From positions 186,001-250,000 of the forward strand of contig JAWLHK010000001.1 of NCBI GenBank assembly GCA_041690355.1: a DNA stretch of 64,000 bases, written 5' to 3'. This document shows positions 48,479 to 58,900 of this stretch, piece after piece. Both the position numbers and the translations under genes were made by a program. Source of the DNA: a bacterium (GTDB lineage Bacteria; J088; JAWLBW01). The first letter of the stretch is position 1, and every line of letters begins with the position of its first letter. The notes under the pieces are model-generated. The model was not told the origin of the DNA. It made no database searches and worked only from the letters and a program-made list of their open reading frames with translations.

Positions 48479-48955
48479 ATGGATGACAATCCCAGACTCG
48501 AAAGCCTGGAATACCGCGGCGCCGACGCAGCTCCCGAGGCGCGCCCCGGCGTTCCGATGGAAAAGGATCCGCCGGCGCCCGCCCCGGGCACGCACTGGCA
48601 GAACGTCGAGGGGCAGGAGCATCCGCCCTTCGAGGTGCTCAAGCGCGCCCAGCTCGACGAACTGACCCCGGTCTACGGCACCGGCCAGCCGCCGCACGGT
48701 CTCAGCGGCGCGCTGCGCCGGGCAGCCTACAACGTGCCGGAGCACAAGACGTCGCACTGGGCGCTGCTGCTGCTGGCCGATCGGGTCGACGTCGTCGAAA
48801 GCGCCGCGGCTGATCTGCTCGGCAACGCGCGCCGCAGGAACATTCTCTTCGGCGCGGCCGCGGCCACCGGTCTTGCGCTGGGCGCCGCCGCCCGTTCGCT
48901 GCGACAGGAAACGGTGGGTCCGAGAATGAAGATCTGCCTGAACCGCGAATATTGA
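48479..48955 (+). CDS. Conserved hypothetical protein
   Basis: PPHGLSGALRRAAY..HWALLLLADRVDVVE; operonic with the ADH gene. Confidence 0.75.
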   Translation: MDDNPRLESLEYRGADAAPEARPGVPMEKDPPAPAPGTHWQNVEGQEHPPFEVLKRAQLDELTPVYGTGQPPHGLSGALRRAAYNVPEHKTSHWALLLLADRVDVVESAAADLLGNARRRNILFGAAAATGLALGAAARSLRQETVGPRMKICLNREY

Positions 48956-48978
48956 CCGTGGGGCACGGAGGGGAACGC

Positions 48979-49719
48979 ATGAAAGCGGCAATCATCACGG
49001 GGGGCGGAGCCGGTATCGGACGCGCGGCGGCGCTCCGGTTCGCACGGGACGGCATCGGGGTCACCGTAGCCGATATCGATGGCGCGGGCGCCGAGGAGAC
49101 GGTCTCCAGTATCGAGAAGGCAGGTGGAAAAGCGGTCGCCATCCGGACCGATGTCTCGAAGGATGACGACGTGGCCGCCATGGTCGACAAGACCCTCTCG
49201 ACCTTCGGAAGCCTCGACTACGCCTTCAACAACGCAGGCATCGAAGGGCATCAGGAGCCGGTCCATGCCCTGGCACGTGCGGACTGGGAGCGGGTCATCG
49301 TCATCAACCTGACCGGCACATGGCTGTGCATGAAGTATGAGCTGACGGTCATGCGCGAACGGGGTTCGGGGGCCATCGTCAACAACGCCTCCATCGCGGG
49401 ACTCGTCGGCTTCACGAGTCTCTCGCATTACGTGGCTTCCAAACACGGCGTCATCGGACTCACGCGCGCGGCGGCGCTCGAGGCCGGCCCCCTCGGCATC
49501 CGCGTAAACGCGCTGTGCCCGGGGGTCATCGAAACGGCGATGGTCAAGCGCGCGAAAGAAGAGAATCCCGAGATGATCAAGGCGGTCACGGCCGCCCACC
49601 CGTTGCATCGCGTCGGGCAGCCCGAAGAAGTGGCCGAGCTGGCCTGGTGGCTGTGCACGGGCGCTCCGTTCATGACCGGCTGCGCAATTCCCATCGACGG
49701 AGGGTACACCGCCCAGTAA
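48979..49719 (+). CDS. SDR-family oxidoreductase
   Basis: TGGGAGIG, NNAG, YVASK, IDGG. Confidence 0.93.
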   Translation: MKAAIITGGGAGIGRAAALRFARDGIGVTVADIDGAGAEETVSSIEKAGGKAVAIRTDVSKDDDVAAMVDKTLSTFGSLDYAFNNAGIEGHQEPVHALARADWERVIVINLTGTWLCMKYELTVMRERGSGAIVNNASIAGLVGFTSLSHYVASKHGVIGLTRAAALEAGPLGIRVNALCPGVIETAMVKRAKEENPEMIKAVTAAHPLHRVGQPEEVAELAWWLCTGAPFMTGCAIPIDGGYTAQ

Positions 49720-49891
49720 GCGCGCGGAGAGGGCGCAAGCTTGCGCCGGCCGGACGGCTCGTTTAGTTTAAAGGGAGCGTTGGAGTTTTCATGAACGTTC
49801 CATCCCCGTGCGGCTGCTTCCCGCTCGCCGCTTTTCCGGCCCCGCTTCTTTCCCCCGGATCCGTCTGCGCCCGCGCCGCGGAGGAGCGGCC

Positions 49892-51100
49892 ATGATCCGG
49901 CCGCACCATCATGCCCGGCCGGGACGTCCTTCGGATATTCTGGAAGCGCTGCGCCGCCGCATCGACCATCCCACCGCGCTGGCCCGGAGCCTCAACGCCG
50001 TCATTCAGTTCGAGCCCTGGGATGGCCCTTCGGTGCGCCTGCGGATGGAAGAAGGACGCTTCGTGGTCTCGACCGACACGGGGCGGGCCGATACGCGCAT
50101 CCGCAGCACGACCGAGACGCTGCTGCAGGTCGTCGAGGGTGAGGAATCGGGGGTGCGCGCCTTTCTCGAGGGGCGGCTCACGGTGCGCGGCAACCTGGCA
50201 CTGGCCATGCAGATCGAGTCGTTCTTCCCGCCTCCGCGGCCGCTGGCCGAGCGGGTGCGGGCCGACTACGTGAACGCAGGCGGCCTGCGCACCTTCTACC
50301 TCGAGTCCGGCGAAGGGACGCCGGTCATTCTTCTCCATGGGCTCGGCGCCACCAACGCGTCCATGCTGCCCACGCTCGGTGCGCTCGCCGGCGACTACCG
50401 GATTCTGGCCCCCGACAATCCGGGATTCGGCGAGAGCGACAAACCGGTGCGCGCCTACCATCCGGTCTTCTTCGCCCGCTGGGTGCGCGACTTCATGGAC
50501 GCCCTCGGGATCGAGCGCGCGATTCTGATCGGCAACTCCATGGGCGGACGGATCGCGCTCGAGACGGCGCTGCGTTTTCCCGACCGCGTCGACCGTCTGG
50601 TGCTCTTCGCGCCGTCGATGGCGTGGAAACGCTTCCGCCAGTTCGTGCCTGTCGCCCGCGTGCTCTCGCCGCAGCTGGCCGCGCTGCCGCTGCGGCTCCC
50701 CCGCATGCAGGTCCTGCGGACGCTGAAAATGATGTTCGCGGATTCGCGCGTGCTCCCCCAGACCTGGCACGACGCTGCCGTCGACGAATTCCTTCGCGTG
50801 TTTCGCGAGCCGCGGGCGCGCATCGCCTTCTTTTCGGCCGCGAAGCAGATCTACCTGGAAACGCCCGGCGGCGAGAAGGGCTTCTGGAACCGCCTGCCGG
50901 CCATGAAGCACGACGCCCTCTTTCTCTGGGGCGATAAGGACCTGCTCGTCCCCGCGTCATTCGCGCGCCATGCGACCGACGCCCTCCCCCACGCGCGGTC
51001 GATCATTCTGCGCGACTGCGGCCACGTCCCCCAGTTCGAGCATGACGACGAGACGCACGTGCTCGTGCGCAGCTTTCTGCGCGGCGATCTGCACACCTGA
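49892..51100 (+). CDS. SCP2 sterol-carrier domain fused to an alpha/beta hydrolase
   Basis: AFLEGRLTVRGNLALA (SCP2); LHGLG, GNSMGG, CGHVPQFE. Confidence 0.85.
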   Translation: MIRPHHHARPGRPSDILEALRRRIDHPTALARSLNAVIQFEPWDGPSVRLRMEEGRFVVSTDTGRADTRIRSTTETLLQVVEGEESGVRAFLEGRLTVRGNLALAMQIESFFPPPRPLAERVRADYVNAGGLRTFYLESGEGTPVILLHGLGATNASMLPTLGALAGDYRILAPDNPGFGESDKPVRAYHPVFFARWVRDFMDALGIERAILIGNSMGGRIALETALRFPDRVDRLVLFAPSMAWKRFRQFVPVARVLSPQLAALPLRLPRMQVLRTLKMMFADSRVLPQTWHDAAVDEFLRVFREPRARIAFFSAAKQIYLETPGGEKGFWNRLPAMKHDALFLWGDKDLLVPASFARHATDALPHARSIILRDCGHVPQFEHDDETHVLVRSFLRGDLHT

Positions 51101-51119
51101 CCGATCCGGAGTTTTTCCC

Positions 51120-51911
51120 ATGACCAAATTCGCAGAACTTCTCGCGCCGATTGCCGCCGGCGCCGAGACCCTCCGCACCCCCGCGCACTGGACCCAGGGG
51201 CGCGCCACCTTCGGCGGACTTCTGGCGGCGGCCGGGCTCGCCGCGATGCGGCGGCTGGTCGATCCGGAACGCCATCCGCGTTCGCTGCACGTGACCTTCG
51301 CGGGCCCGGTCGCCCCGGGAGACGCACGCCTGGAGACGCGGCTGCTGCGCGCCGGCCGCTCGGCCACGCTGGTGGAATGTCACGTCCTGCAGGAAGACGG
51401 CGTCTGCACGAGCATGACGGCCGCCTTCGGCGCGGATCGCCCTTCGCAGGTGCATGCGGAACCGCCGCCGCGTCCCCCGGCGCCGGAGCCGGAACAGGGG
51501 CTCACGCTCCCCTACGTCGAGGGGATGACGCCGACCTTCACGCAGCACTATGACTACCGCTGGACGGTCGGCGACCTTCCGTTCTCGGGGAGCGGCAAGC
51601 GGGAGATCGGGGGATGGTGCGCCCTGCGCGATGCCGCGGAACCGGCAACGCACGAGCACATCCTCGGACTGGTGGACGCCTGGCCGCCGACGGTGCTCCC
51701 CATGCTGACAACGCCCGCGCCGGGGAGCTCGCTCGACTGGTCCATCCAGTTCCTGCAGTGGAGCCCGGAGGCACGGGCCGGCGACTGGTGGTTCTACCGC
51801 GCCGAGGCCGACGCGGCGGCCCACGGGTACGCGCAGACGCGCGCCGTGCTCTGGGATCCGCAGGGGCGTCCGGCGGCCCTCAGCACGCAGACGGTAGCCA
51901 TCTTCGGCTGA
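51120..51911 (+). CDS. Acyl-CoA thioesterase (double hot-dog)
   Basis: WTQGRATFGGL, LRAGRS, DAWPP. Confidence 0.88.
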   Translation: MTKFAELLAPIAAGAETLRTPAHWTQGRATFGGLLAAAGLAAMRRLVDPERHPRSLHVTFAGPVAPGDARLETRLLRAGRSATLVECHVLQEDGVCTSMTAAFGADRPSQVHAEPPPRPPAPEPEQGLTLPYVEGMTPTFTQHYDYRWTVGDLPFSGSGKREIGGWCALRDAAEPATHEHILGLVDAWPPTVLPMLTTPAPGSSLDWSIQFLQWSPEARAGDWWFYRAEADAAAHGYAQTRAVLWDPQGRPAALSTQTVAIFG

Positions 51912-51941
51912 TCCCGCCGCGGGCAGAACGGTAGTTTCTGT

Positions 51942-52310
51942 CTACTCGTCGGCGAGCAGGGCCGCGTAGGGGTGATCGGTAAGGGCGAAGCCGTCTTCTT
52001 CGACCGGCGCCGCCATGGCCGAGATGAGAAAGTCTTCGGGCTCGTCGACGGCAGCCTGCTGTGCGGGCTGCGGCGAAGGCCAGACCCCGATCAGCGCGAG
52101 CGCGAGAACGGCGGCCGCCGCCCACATGCGCGGAGACGTCATCGCCCGCAGCACCCAGGGGTTGCCCACACGCCGCTCGAGGGCGGCCAGTTCGCCGGGA
52201 GGGGCCGGGGGAACCACCGGCCGGTGCGCGCGAAGCAGTACGGCAAGCGGATCCGCGGCATCGTCTTCTTCGGGCCCGCTCAGGCGGGGTTCGCGTGATG
52301 GACTCGTCAT
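51942..52310 (-). CDS. Putative single-TM anti-sigma factor
   Basis: 4-bp overlap with the ECF sigma gene; WAAAAVLALALIGVW TM segment. Confidence 0.6.
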   Translation of the reverse strand: MTSPSREPRLSGPEEDDAADPLAVLLRAHRPVVPPAPPGELAALERRVGNPWVLRAMTSPRMWAAAAVLALALIGVWPSPQPAQQAAVDEPEDFLISAMAAPVEEDGFALTDHPYAALLADE

Positions 52311-52852
52311 GGCAACCTCTCTGCGGGCAACAGGCGCGCCCGCAAATGTTCTTTCGCGTAGTGAAGGCGGGATTTGACCGTCCCCTCAGGCTCGCCGAGC
52401 GATTCGGCGATTTCGGGAACCGTCATGTCCTCGTAGTAGCGCAACGCGATGACGGTCCGATGCTCGAAGCTGAGCCCGGCCATCGCGCCCTCAATCTGCA
52501 GCCGGGCTTCGGTACCGCGTTGCGCGGCGTCGGCCCGCTCGTCGTGGAGGGGGGCCAGGTCGTCGAGGGCGACCGGCGTCCCCACCCCTTTCCGCTGCCG
52601 CCAGCAGTCGCGCGCGGCGTTCACGGCGATACTCGCGAGCCAGGTGCTCACCTTCGCGCGGCCTTCAAACTGTCCGCGCGCCTGCCAGCTTTTCAGAAAT
52701 ACCTGCTGCACCAGATCGTCGACGTCTTCGCGCGGCGCGAGCGAGTAGAGGATCGACCGCACCATGCGTTCGTGCGCATGGTAATAGTCGGCGAACGTCC
52801 CCTCGCCCGTTCGCGCGCGCGGGAAACGAAGGATCGGGCGAGAAGCGCTCAA
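52307..52852 (-). CDS. ECF RNA polymerase sigma factor
   Basis: DDLVQQVFLK, STWLASIAVN, EIAESLG.PEGTVKSRLHYA; probable TTG start overlapping the upstream TGA. Confidence 0.88.
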   Translation of the reverse strand: MSASRPILRFPRARTGEGTFADYYHAHERMVRSILYSLAPREDVDDLVQQVFLKSWQARGQFEGRAKVSTWLASIAVNAARDCWRQRKGVGTPVALDDLAPLHDERADAAQRGTEARLQIEGAMAGLSFEHRTVIALRYYEDMTVPEIAESLGEPEGTVKSRLHYAKEHLRARLLPAERLP

Positions 52853-53343
52853 CGCGGCGAACCCTCTCCAGCCGATTCGTCGCCGGCGGCTTCGGCAGCG
52901 CCTGCGGGGCCGGGACCATGCTTCCAGCCATGCCCCTTTTTCCCGTGCTTCTTCTTGTGTTCCTTCATCCACTTCATCAAATCCGCTCGCTGGGCGGGAG
53001 TCAACAAAGCGCGCACGCTGAGCATCCGGTCGAACTCCAGGCGGTGAAGCGCCGTACGGCCTTCTTCGAGGCGGGAAAAGAGCGCGCGGAGCTCGTTCTC
53101 GGGCGCGTCGGCGCTCATCTTTCCGTGCAGCTCCCGCCGCAGCGCGCGCACGTGCTTGCGCGCTTCCTTCAAGGCGGGGGCGGTTTCGTTGCGAATCCGC
53201 TCGAGATCGTTGCGTTGCGCGTCGGTAAGGTCGAGCTTCTCGAGCGCTCGCATTCCGAACCCGTGCCCCTCACCGGCGGCGGCCGGGGCAGACACGCCGG
53301 CGACAAGAGCGAAGGCAAGAACCAACATGGAGACTGTTTTCAT
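52849..53343 (-). CDS. Spy/CpxP-like periplasmic protein (heavy-metal-sensor-like), His-rich tail
   Basis: Signal peptide; two LTxxQ motifs (LTDAQR, LTPAQR); EHKKKHGKKGHGWKHG. Confidence 0.85.
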   Translation of the reverse strand: MKTVSMLVLAFALVAGVSAPAAAGEGHGFGMRALEKLDLTDAQRNDLERIRNETAPALKEARKHVRALRRELHGKMSADAPENELRALFSRLEEGRTALHRLEFDRMLSVRALLTPAQRADLMKWMKEHKKKHGKKGHGWKHGPGPAGAAEAAGDESAGEGSPR

Positions 53344-53390
53344 GACTACCTCGGAGGCGACGGACGAAACATTTCGCCCTTTTCCCATAC

Positions 53391-53466
53391 GACGGGCACC
53401 GGGGCCAATCCGTTCAACGGACGGCCATTTCCCATCCGGTTGAACGTTCGGGGCCCCGGTCGCGTC
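53391..53466. promoter_or_regulatory. Pair of divergent ECF-type promoters (TGAAC-N17-CGTC)
   Basis: - strand GTTGAACggattggccccggtgccCGTC (53418-53391); + strand GTTGAACgttcggggccccggtcgCGTC (53439-53466). Confidence 0.7.
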
Positions 53467-53552
53467 CTATCTTCTTCCCTTCGGGAAGATTGTGAGCGTT
53501 CAGGCCTGATATCATTCTAGTTTCGCCTATTTGCGTTCCCCGTGCCCCTTGC

Positions 53553-54863
53553 ATGTCATTCCCTCTCCGCAGCATCCTCCTGAGTGTCGTCTTTCTGTTT
53601 GCCGCCACGGCGCCCGCCGCCGCCGCCGCCGGGTTCACGCTCGAGCAGGCGATCGAGCAGGCCCTCGCCCGCAATGAATCTCCCGCGCAGGCGGGCTACC
53701 GCATCGAGCGTGCCGAAGCCTTCGTGCGCGAGGCCTGGGGCACGCTCCTCCCCTCGCTCACCGTCACGGGGATCTATACGCGCCGGGCGCGCGAGGTGGT
53801 GCGGCAGGTCGGGGGCGAAGACGTGATCATCCAGTCGCGTGACGGCCTGGCGGGGAGCGCGGTGGCCGAACTCGACCTGGTGAATCTGCCGGCCATTCCG
53901 CAGATCCGCAGCAGCCGGCGCCTCGAAGACGCCGCCCGGGCAGACGCCGTCGAGGTGCGGCGCGATCTTGCCTTTCTCGTTTCCGAAACCTATCTTGCCG
54001 TGCTCGCCGCGCAGGAGCTCGTGCGGGTGGCCGAACAGCGCGTCGAGCAGTCGACCCGCGTGGTGACCGACGCCACGGCGCGCGCAGGCGCCGGGCTGGC
54101 GTCGCGCACCGACGTCACGCGCGCCCAGGTCGAACGGGCGGGGGCGGAGCTCGCACGGACGCAGGCGCGCAACACGCTGGCGCGCGCCGTCTTCGCCCTG
54201 GAATACCTGATAGCGAGCCCCCTGCCGGGCGAGCTGACCGCACCGGAATTGCCGGCGCCCATCGAGGCGGCCCCGGCCGACCTGATCCCGCAGGCCATCG
54301 GGCAGCGCGAAGATCTCAAGTCGCTCAACCTGCGCGCCGAGGCGGCCAGCCTGCGGGCGCGCGCGGCCTGGTACCGCTACCTGCCTTCGCTCGGCGCGCA
54401 GGGGACCTACCGGCTGACGAACGAGACCGGCCTCTCGGGATACGCAGACGACTGGAATCTTGCCCTCACGGCCACGTGGCGACTCTTCGACGGCGGCATT
54501 GCCGCGGCGCAGGCGGGGCAGTTCCGAGCCGAGGCGCGCATCGCCAACCTCGAATTCAAAGCGAACGAACGCGCCGTCGGCTACGAGATCCGCACGGCGC
54601 AGCAGGACCTGGAGACCGCCCGTTCGGCCATCCGCGAGGCCGAGGCCGCCGTCGAGGCAGCCGACACCTACCTGCGCGACATCTCGCAGCGCTATGCCGC
54701 CGGGCTGGCCAGCGGCCTCGAGCAGGCCGACGCCTCGCTTTCGGCCTATCAGGCGCGGGCGGCGCTGGTGCAGCGCAGGCTCGACTACTGGCGCGCCGGC
54801 CTGGCCCTGCGCAACGCGCTCGGGCTGTACCCGATCGAATCCGTCACCGAGGAACCCTCATGA
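53553..54863 (+). CDS. TolC-family outer-membrane efflux protein
   Basis: Signal peptide, TLEQAIEQALARN, two OEP repeats, LFDGG. Confidence 0.9.
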   Translation: MSFPLRSILLSVVFLFAATAPAAAAAGFTLEQAIEQALARNESPAQAGYRIERAEAFVREAWGTLLPSLTVTGIYTRRAREVVRQVGGEDVIIQSRDGLAGSAVAELDLVNLPAIPQIRSSRRLEDAARADAVEVRRDLAFLVSETYLAVLAAQELVRVAEQRVEQSTRVVTDATARAGAGLASRTDVTRAQVERAGAELARTQARNTLARAVFALEYLIASPLPGELTAPELPAPIEAAPADLIPQAIGQREDLKSLNLRAEAASLRARAAWYRYLPSLGAQGTYRLTNETGLSGYADDWNLALTATWRLFDGGIAAAQAGQFRAEARIANLEFKANERAVGYEIRTAQQDLETARSAIREAEAAVEAADTYLRDISQRYAAGLASGLEQADASLSAYQARAALVQRRLDYWRAGLALRNALGLYPIESVTEEPS

Positions 54864-55999
54864 ACCGCACCACATCCCTGGTCCTCGTACCCCTGGCCCT
54901 GCTGATGGCGCTCGGCTGCTCGGGCAAGAGCGACGCGCCGGCCGGCCGGGGTTCGGGGGCCCCCGTCTTCCCCGTCGAGACCATGACGGTCCGCAGCAGG
55001 CCGCTGCAGGTCACCGTTCACGCGGTGGGGAGCGTGACGGCCTTCGAAGAGGTGAGCGTGACGGCGCGCGTGGCCGGCGTCGTCGAGCAGGTGCGCTTCA
55101 TGGAGGGAGACAGCGTCGGGGCCGGGCAGGTGCTCGCGGTCATCGAACCTGAGCGTCACCGCGCCCAGTTTCTCGCCGCCGAGGCGGCCCTGAAGCAGGC
55201 CGCCGCCATGCGCGACGAGGCCGCCCAGGCCTGGCAGCGCCGCGCGGGGCTCGCCGAGACGAATCCCGATCTGGTGCGCGAAGAGGAGCTGCAGGCCTTT
55301 CGCACCAAAGCGGCGGCGGCCGAGGCGGAAACCATGAAGGCGAAAGCGGCCCACGACCTCGCGGCCCTGAACCTCCGTGACGCGAGCGTGCGCACGCCCG
55401 CCGCCGGCATCGTGCAGGCGCGCCTCGTGCACACGGGGCAGTACGTGCAGCCGGGCACGGCAATCGCCCGCCTGCTGCGCGAAGATCCGCTGCTCCTGCG
55501 CTTCGAGGTCGCCGAGGCCGAGGCGCGCGATCTCCGGCGCGACGCGGCCGTCAGCTTCACCTCCGGCGGGCGCGAATACGCGGCCACCATTCTGCACATC
55601 GCCGGCTCGGCCAACGCCGCGCGCATGGTGCCCGTCGTCGCACGCGTCGAGGGGGGCACGGCGGATCTGCGGCCCGGGGCCTTCGCGAACGTGCGCATCG
55701 TGACCGACGTGAACCGTGACGCCGTGGTCATTCCCCAGATCGCCGTGCGCCCGAGCGCCGCCGGACTGATCGCCTTCGTGGTCGAAGACGGAAAAGCCGT
55801 CCGACGCACGGTGGTCTCGGGCATGCGCACCCCCGAGGGGCTGCTCGAGATCCGCGAAGGGCTGCGTCCGGGCGAGCAGCTCGTGCTGCGCGGGGCAGAC
55901 GCCCTGCGCGAGGGCGTCGCGGTGCGCGTGGCCGAAGCGAGCGCGGGCGAAGGGCGGCCGGTGACGGCCCCGGCGCCCCAGACGGCGGAGACCCGATGA
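54860..55999 (+). CDS. RND periplasmic adaptor (MFP) lipoprotein
   Basis: ALGC lipobox, ARVAGVV..EGDSV..GQVL, LRPGAFA. Confidence 0.92.
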   Translation: MNRTTSLVLVPLALLMALGCSGKSDAPAGRGSGAPVFPVETMTVRSRPLQVTVHAVGSVTAFEEVSVTARVAGVVEQVRFMEGDSVGAGQVLAVIEPERHRAQFLAAEAALKQAAAMRDEAAQAWQRRAGLAETNPDLVREEELQAFRTKAAAAEAETMKAKAAHDLAALNLRDASVRTPAAGIVQARLVHTGQYVQPGTAIARLLREDPLLLRFEVAEAEARDLRRDAAVSFTSGGREYAATILHIAGSANAARMVPVVARVEGGTADLRPGAFANVRIVTDVNRDAVVIPQIAVRPSAAGLIAFVVEDGKAVRRTVVSGMRTPEGLLEIREGLRPGEQLVLRGADALREGVAVRVAEASAGEGRPVTAPAPQTAETR

Positions 56000-58900
56000 A
56001 CATCACGGAACTTTCCGTCCGCCGGCCGGTGTTCGCGTGGATGCTCATGGGCGCCACACTGGTCATCGGCCTCGTGGCCTTCACGCGCATCGGCGTGAGC
56101 AACCTGCCCGACGTCGACTATCCGACCATCTCGATCAACGTCTCGTGGGAAGGCGCTTCACCGGAGATCGTCGAGACCGACGTCGTAGAAATCCTCGAGG
56201 AGTCGCTGACGCAGGTTGAAGGGATCAAGTCGATCTCCTCCCGCTCGTCGATGGGGAGCGGCCGCATCACGGTGGAACTGGACCTGGATCGCAGCGTCGA
56301 CCTCGCGCTGCAGGATGTGCAGACGCGCGTCTCGCAGGCGCAGCGGCGCCTGCCGGCCGACATCGACCCGCCGGTCATCTCGAAGTCGAACCCCGAAGAC
56401 CAGCCGATCATGTGGGTCGCCCTTTCGGGACCGTTCCCCCAGCGCGTCCTGAGCGACTACGCCCGCTACCAGCTGAAAGAGAAGCTGCAGACGGTGCCCG
56501 GCGTCGGCGAGATCGCCCTCGGGGGGTACCTGGAGCGGAACATCCGGATCTGGCTCGACGCCGACCGACTGGCGGAACGCGGGGTGACCGCGGGGGAAGT
56601 CATTGCTACCCTGCGCAGGCAGCATGTGGAACTTCCGGCCGGACGTCTCGAGAGCGCGGGGCGCGAACTGAACGTGCGCGTGCTGGGCGAGGCGCTCGAT
56701 CTCGAAACCTTCCGCTCGCTGGTCGTGGCGCGGACGGGGACGACCCCGGTCTACCTGGCCGACGTGGCCATCGTCGAAGACGGGTTCGAGGACATCCGCC
56801 GCCTCATGCGCGCCAACGGCGTTCCAGCCCAGGGTGTGGGGATCCGCAAGCAGCGGGGCGCCAACGCGGTGGCCGTGGCGCAGGGGGTGCGGGCCACGCT
56901 CGACGAGGTGCGCCCGACGCTTCCCGAAGGGATGGAGCTGGCCGTCAACTTCGATTCCACGCAGTTCATCGAGGAGTCGATTCACGAGCTGCAGTTCGAG
57001 CTCGTGCTCGCCGTCATCCTCACCGGCATCATCTGCCTCATCTTCCTCGGCTCCTTCTCGACGACGCTGAACGTACTGCTCGCCATCCCGATGTCGCTGC
57101 TCGGCACGGTCGCGGTCATCTACTTTCTCGGCTACACGTTCAACACCTTCACGCTGCTCGGCCTGGCGCTCGCCGTGGGGCTCGTGGTCGACGACGCCAT
57201 CATGGTGCTCGAGAACGTACACCGTCACGCGGAAATGGGGAAGTCGCGCGTCCAGGCGGCGCTCGAGGGGACCGAACAGATCAAATTCCCCGCGCTGGCC
57301 GCTACCGGCTCCGTCGTCGCCATCTTTCTGCCCGTCGTCTTCATGGACGGGGTCATCGGCAAGTTCTTCATGCAGTTCGGGGTGACGCTCTGCGCGGCCA
57401 TCCTGTTCTCCTATGTGGAAGCAATCACGCTCGCCCCCGCCCGCATGGCGCAGTTCATGACCGTGCACGCCGAAGGGGGCTCGACGATCGATCGCGTCTT
57501 CAAACGCCTCTCCTCCGTGTACGAGCGGATTCTCCGCTGGAGCCTCGACCACGCCGGCTGGGTGCTCGGGGCTGCCGTCCTTCTCTTTTTCGCCGCCCTG
57601 GGCGTGTTCCGGGCGCTGCCGTCGGAGTTCGTCCCCTCGCAGGATCAGAGCCGGCTCATGGTGCGCTACCAGACGCAGCTCGGCAACAGTCTCGAGGAAG
57701 CCGACCGCCTCATCGCCAGGGCGGAAGACATCGTGCGCAGCCGCCCCGAGGTACAGCGCGCGCTCGCCATCGTCGGCGGCGGCGACGTGAGCGAGGGACG
57801 CATGTTCGTCACTCTGGTGCCCCCTGGGGAGCGGAAGCTGAGCCAGAACGAGTTCGCCGATGAACTGCGCAAGGAGTTCCGCAACATCCCCGGCCTGCGC
57901 GCCTTCGTCATGGACCTCTCGCAATCGGGCTTCTCGGCGCGCCGCGGGTATCCGGTGGAATTTTCGGTGCGCGGTCCGGAGTGGAAGTCGCTGGTGGAGC
58001 TGAGCGAGACGGTGCGCGAGAAGCTCGACGCCACCGGACTCGTCACGGATCTCGACAGCGACTACAAGGTGGGCCAGCCCGAAGTGCGCCTCGTGCCCGA
58101 CCGCGCCCGCGCCGCCGATCTCGGCATTCCGATCGAGGATGTCGCGGCAGCCGTCAACCTGCTCGTGGGCGGAAGCCGCGTCGGCAAGTACAGCAGCGGC
58201 GGACGCCGGCTCGACGTGCGCGCCCGCCTGCTCGCCGATCAGCGCTCGCGCCCCGAAGACATCACGCGTCTTTTCGTGCGCACCGCTGCGGGCACCCTCG
58301 TGCCCCTCTCGTCGCTCGTGACGTGGGAGGAGCAGCCGTCGCTGCAGGAAGTCAGCCGCGAAGACCGCCAGCGCGCCATCGCGCTCTCGGCCAACGTGGC
58401 GCCGGGGCATTCGCAGGATGAAGCGCTCGCGGCCGTGCAGGCGCTGCAGAAGGAGATGCCGGTCGGCTACAGCCTCGTGCTCGGCGGGTCGAGCGTCGCC
58501 TTTCAGGAATCGATGGGCGGCCTCTTCTTCGCCATGCTGCTCGGCATCCTCTTCGCGTACATGATTCTCGCCTCGCAGTTCAATTCGTTCCTCCACCCGG
58601 TGACGGTGCTGACGATTCTGCCGCTGTCAATCGCGGGGGCGGCCTTCATGCTGCTCATCGCCGGCAAGTCGCTCAACATCTTCAGCATGATCGGCCTGCT
58701 GCTGCTGCTGGGCATCGTCATGAAGAACTCGATCATCCTCGTGGATTACGCCAACGAGGAGCGCGAGAACGGGGCCGATCCACGCACGGCCATGCTGCGC
58801 GCCGGTCCCATCCGGCTGCGGCCGATTCTCATGACCTCGGCGGCGACGCTCACGGCCGCCATTCCGGCCGCGCTCGGCTTGGGGCCCGGGAGCGAAACGC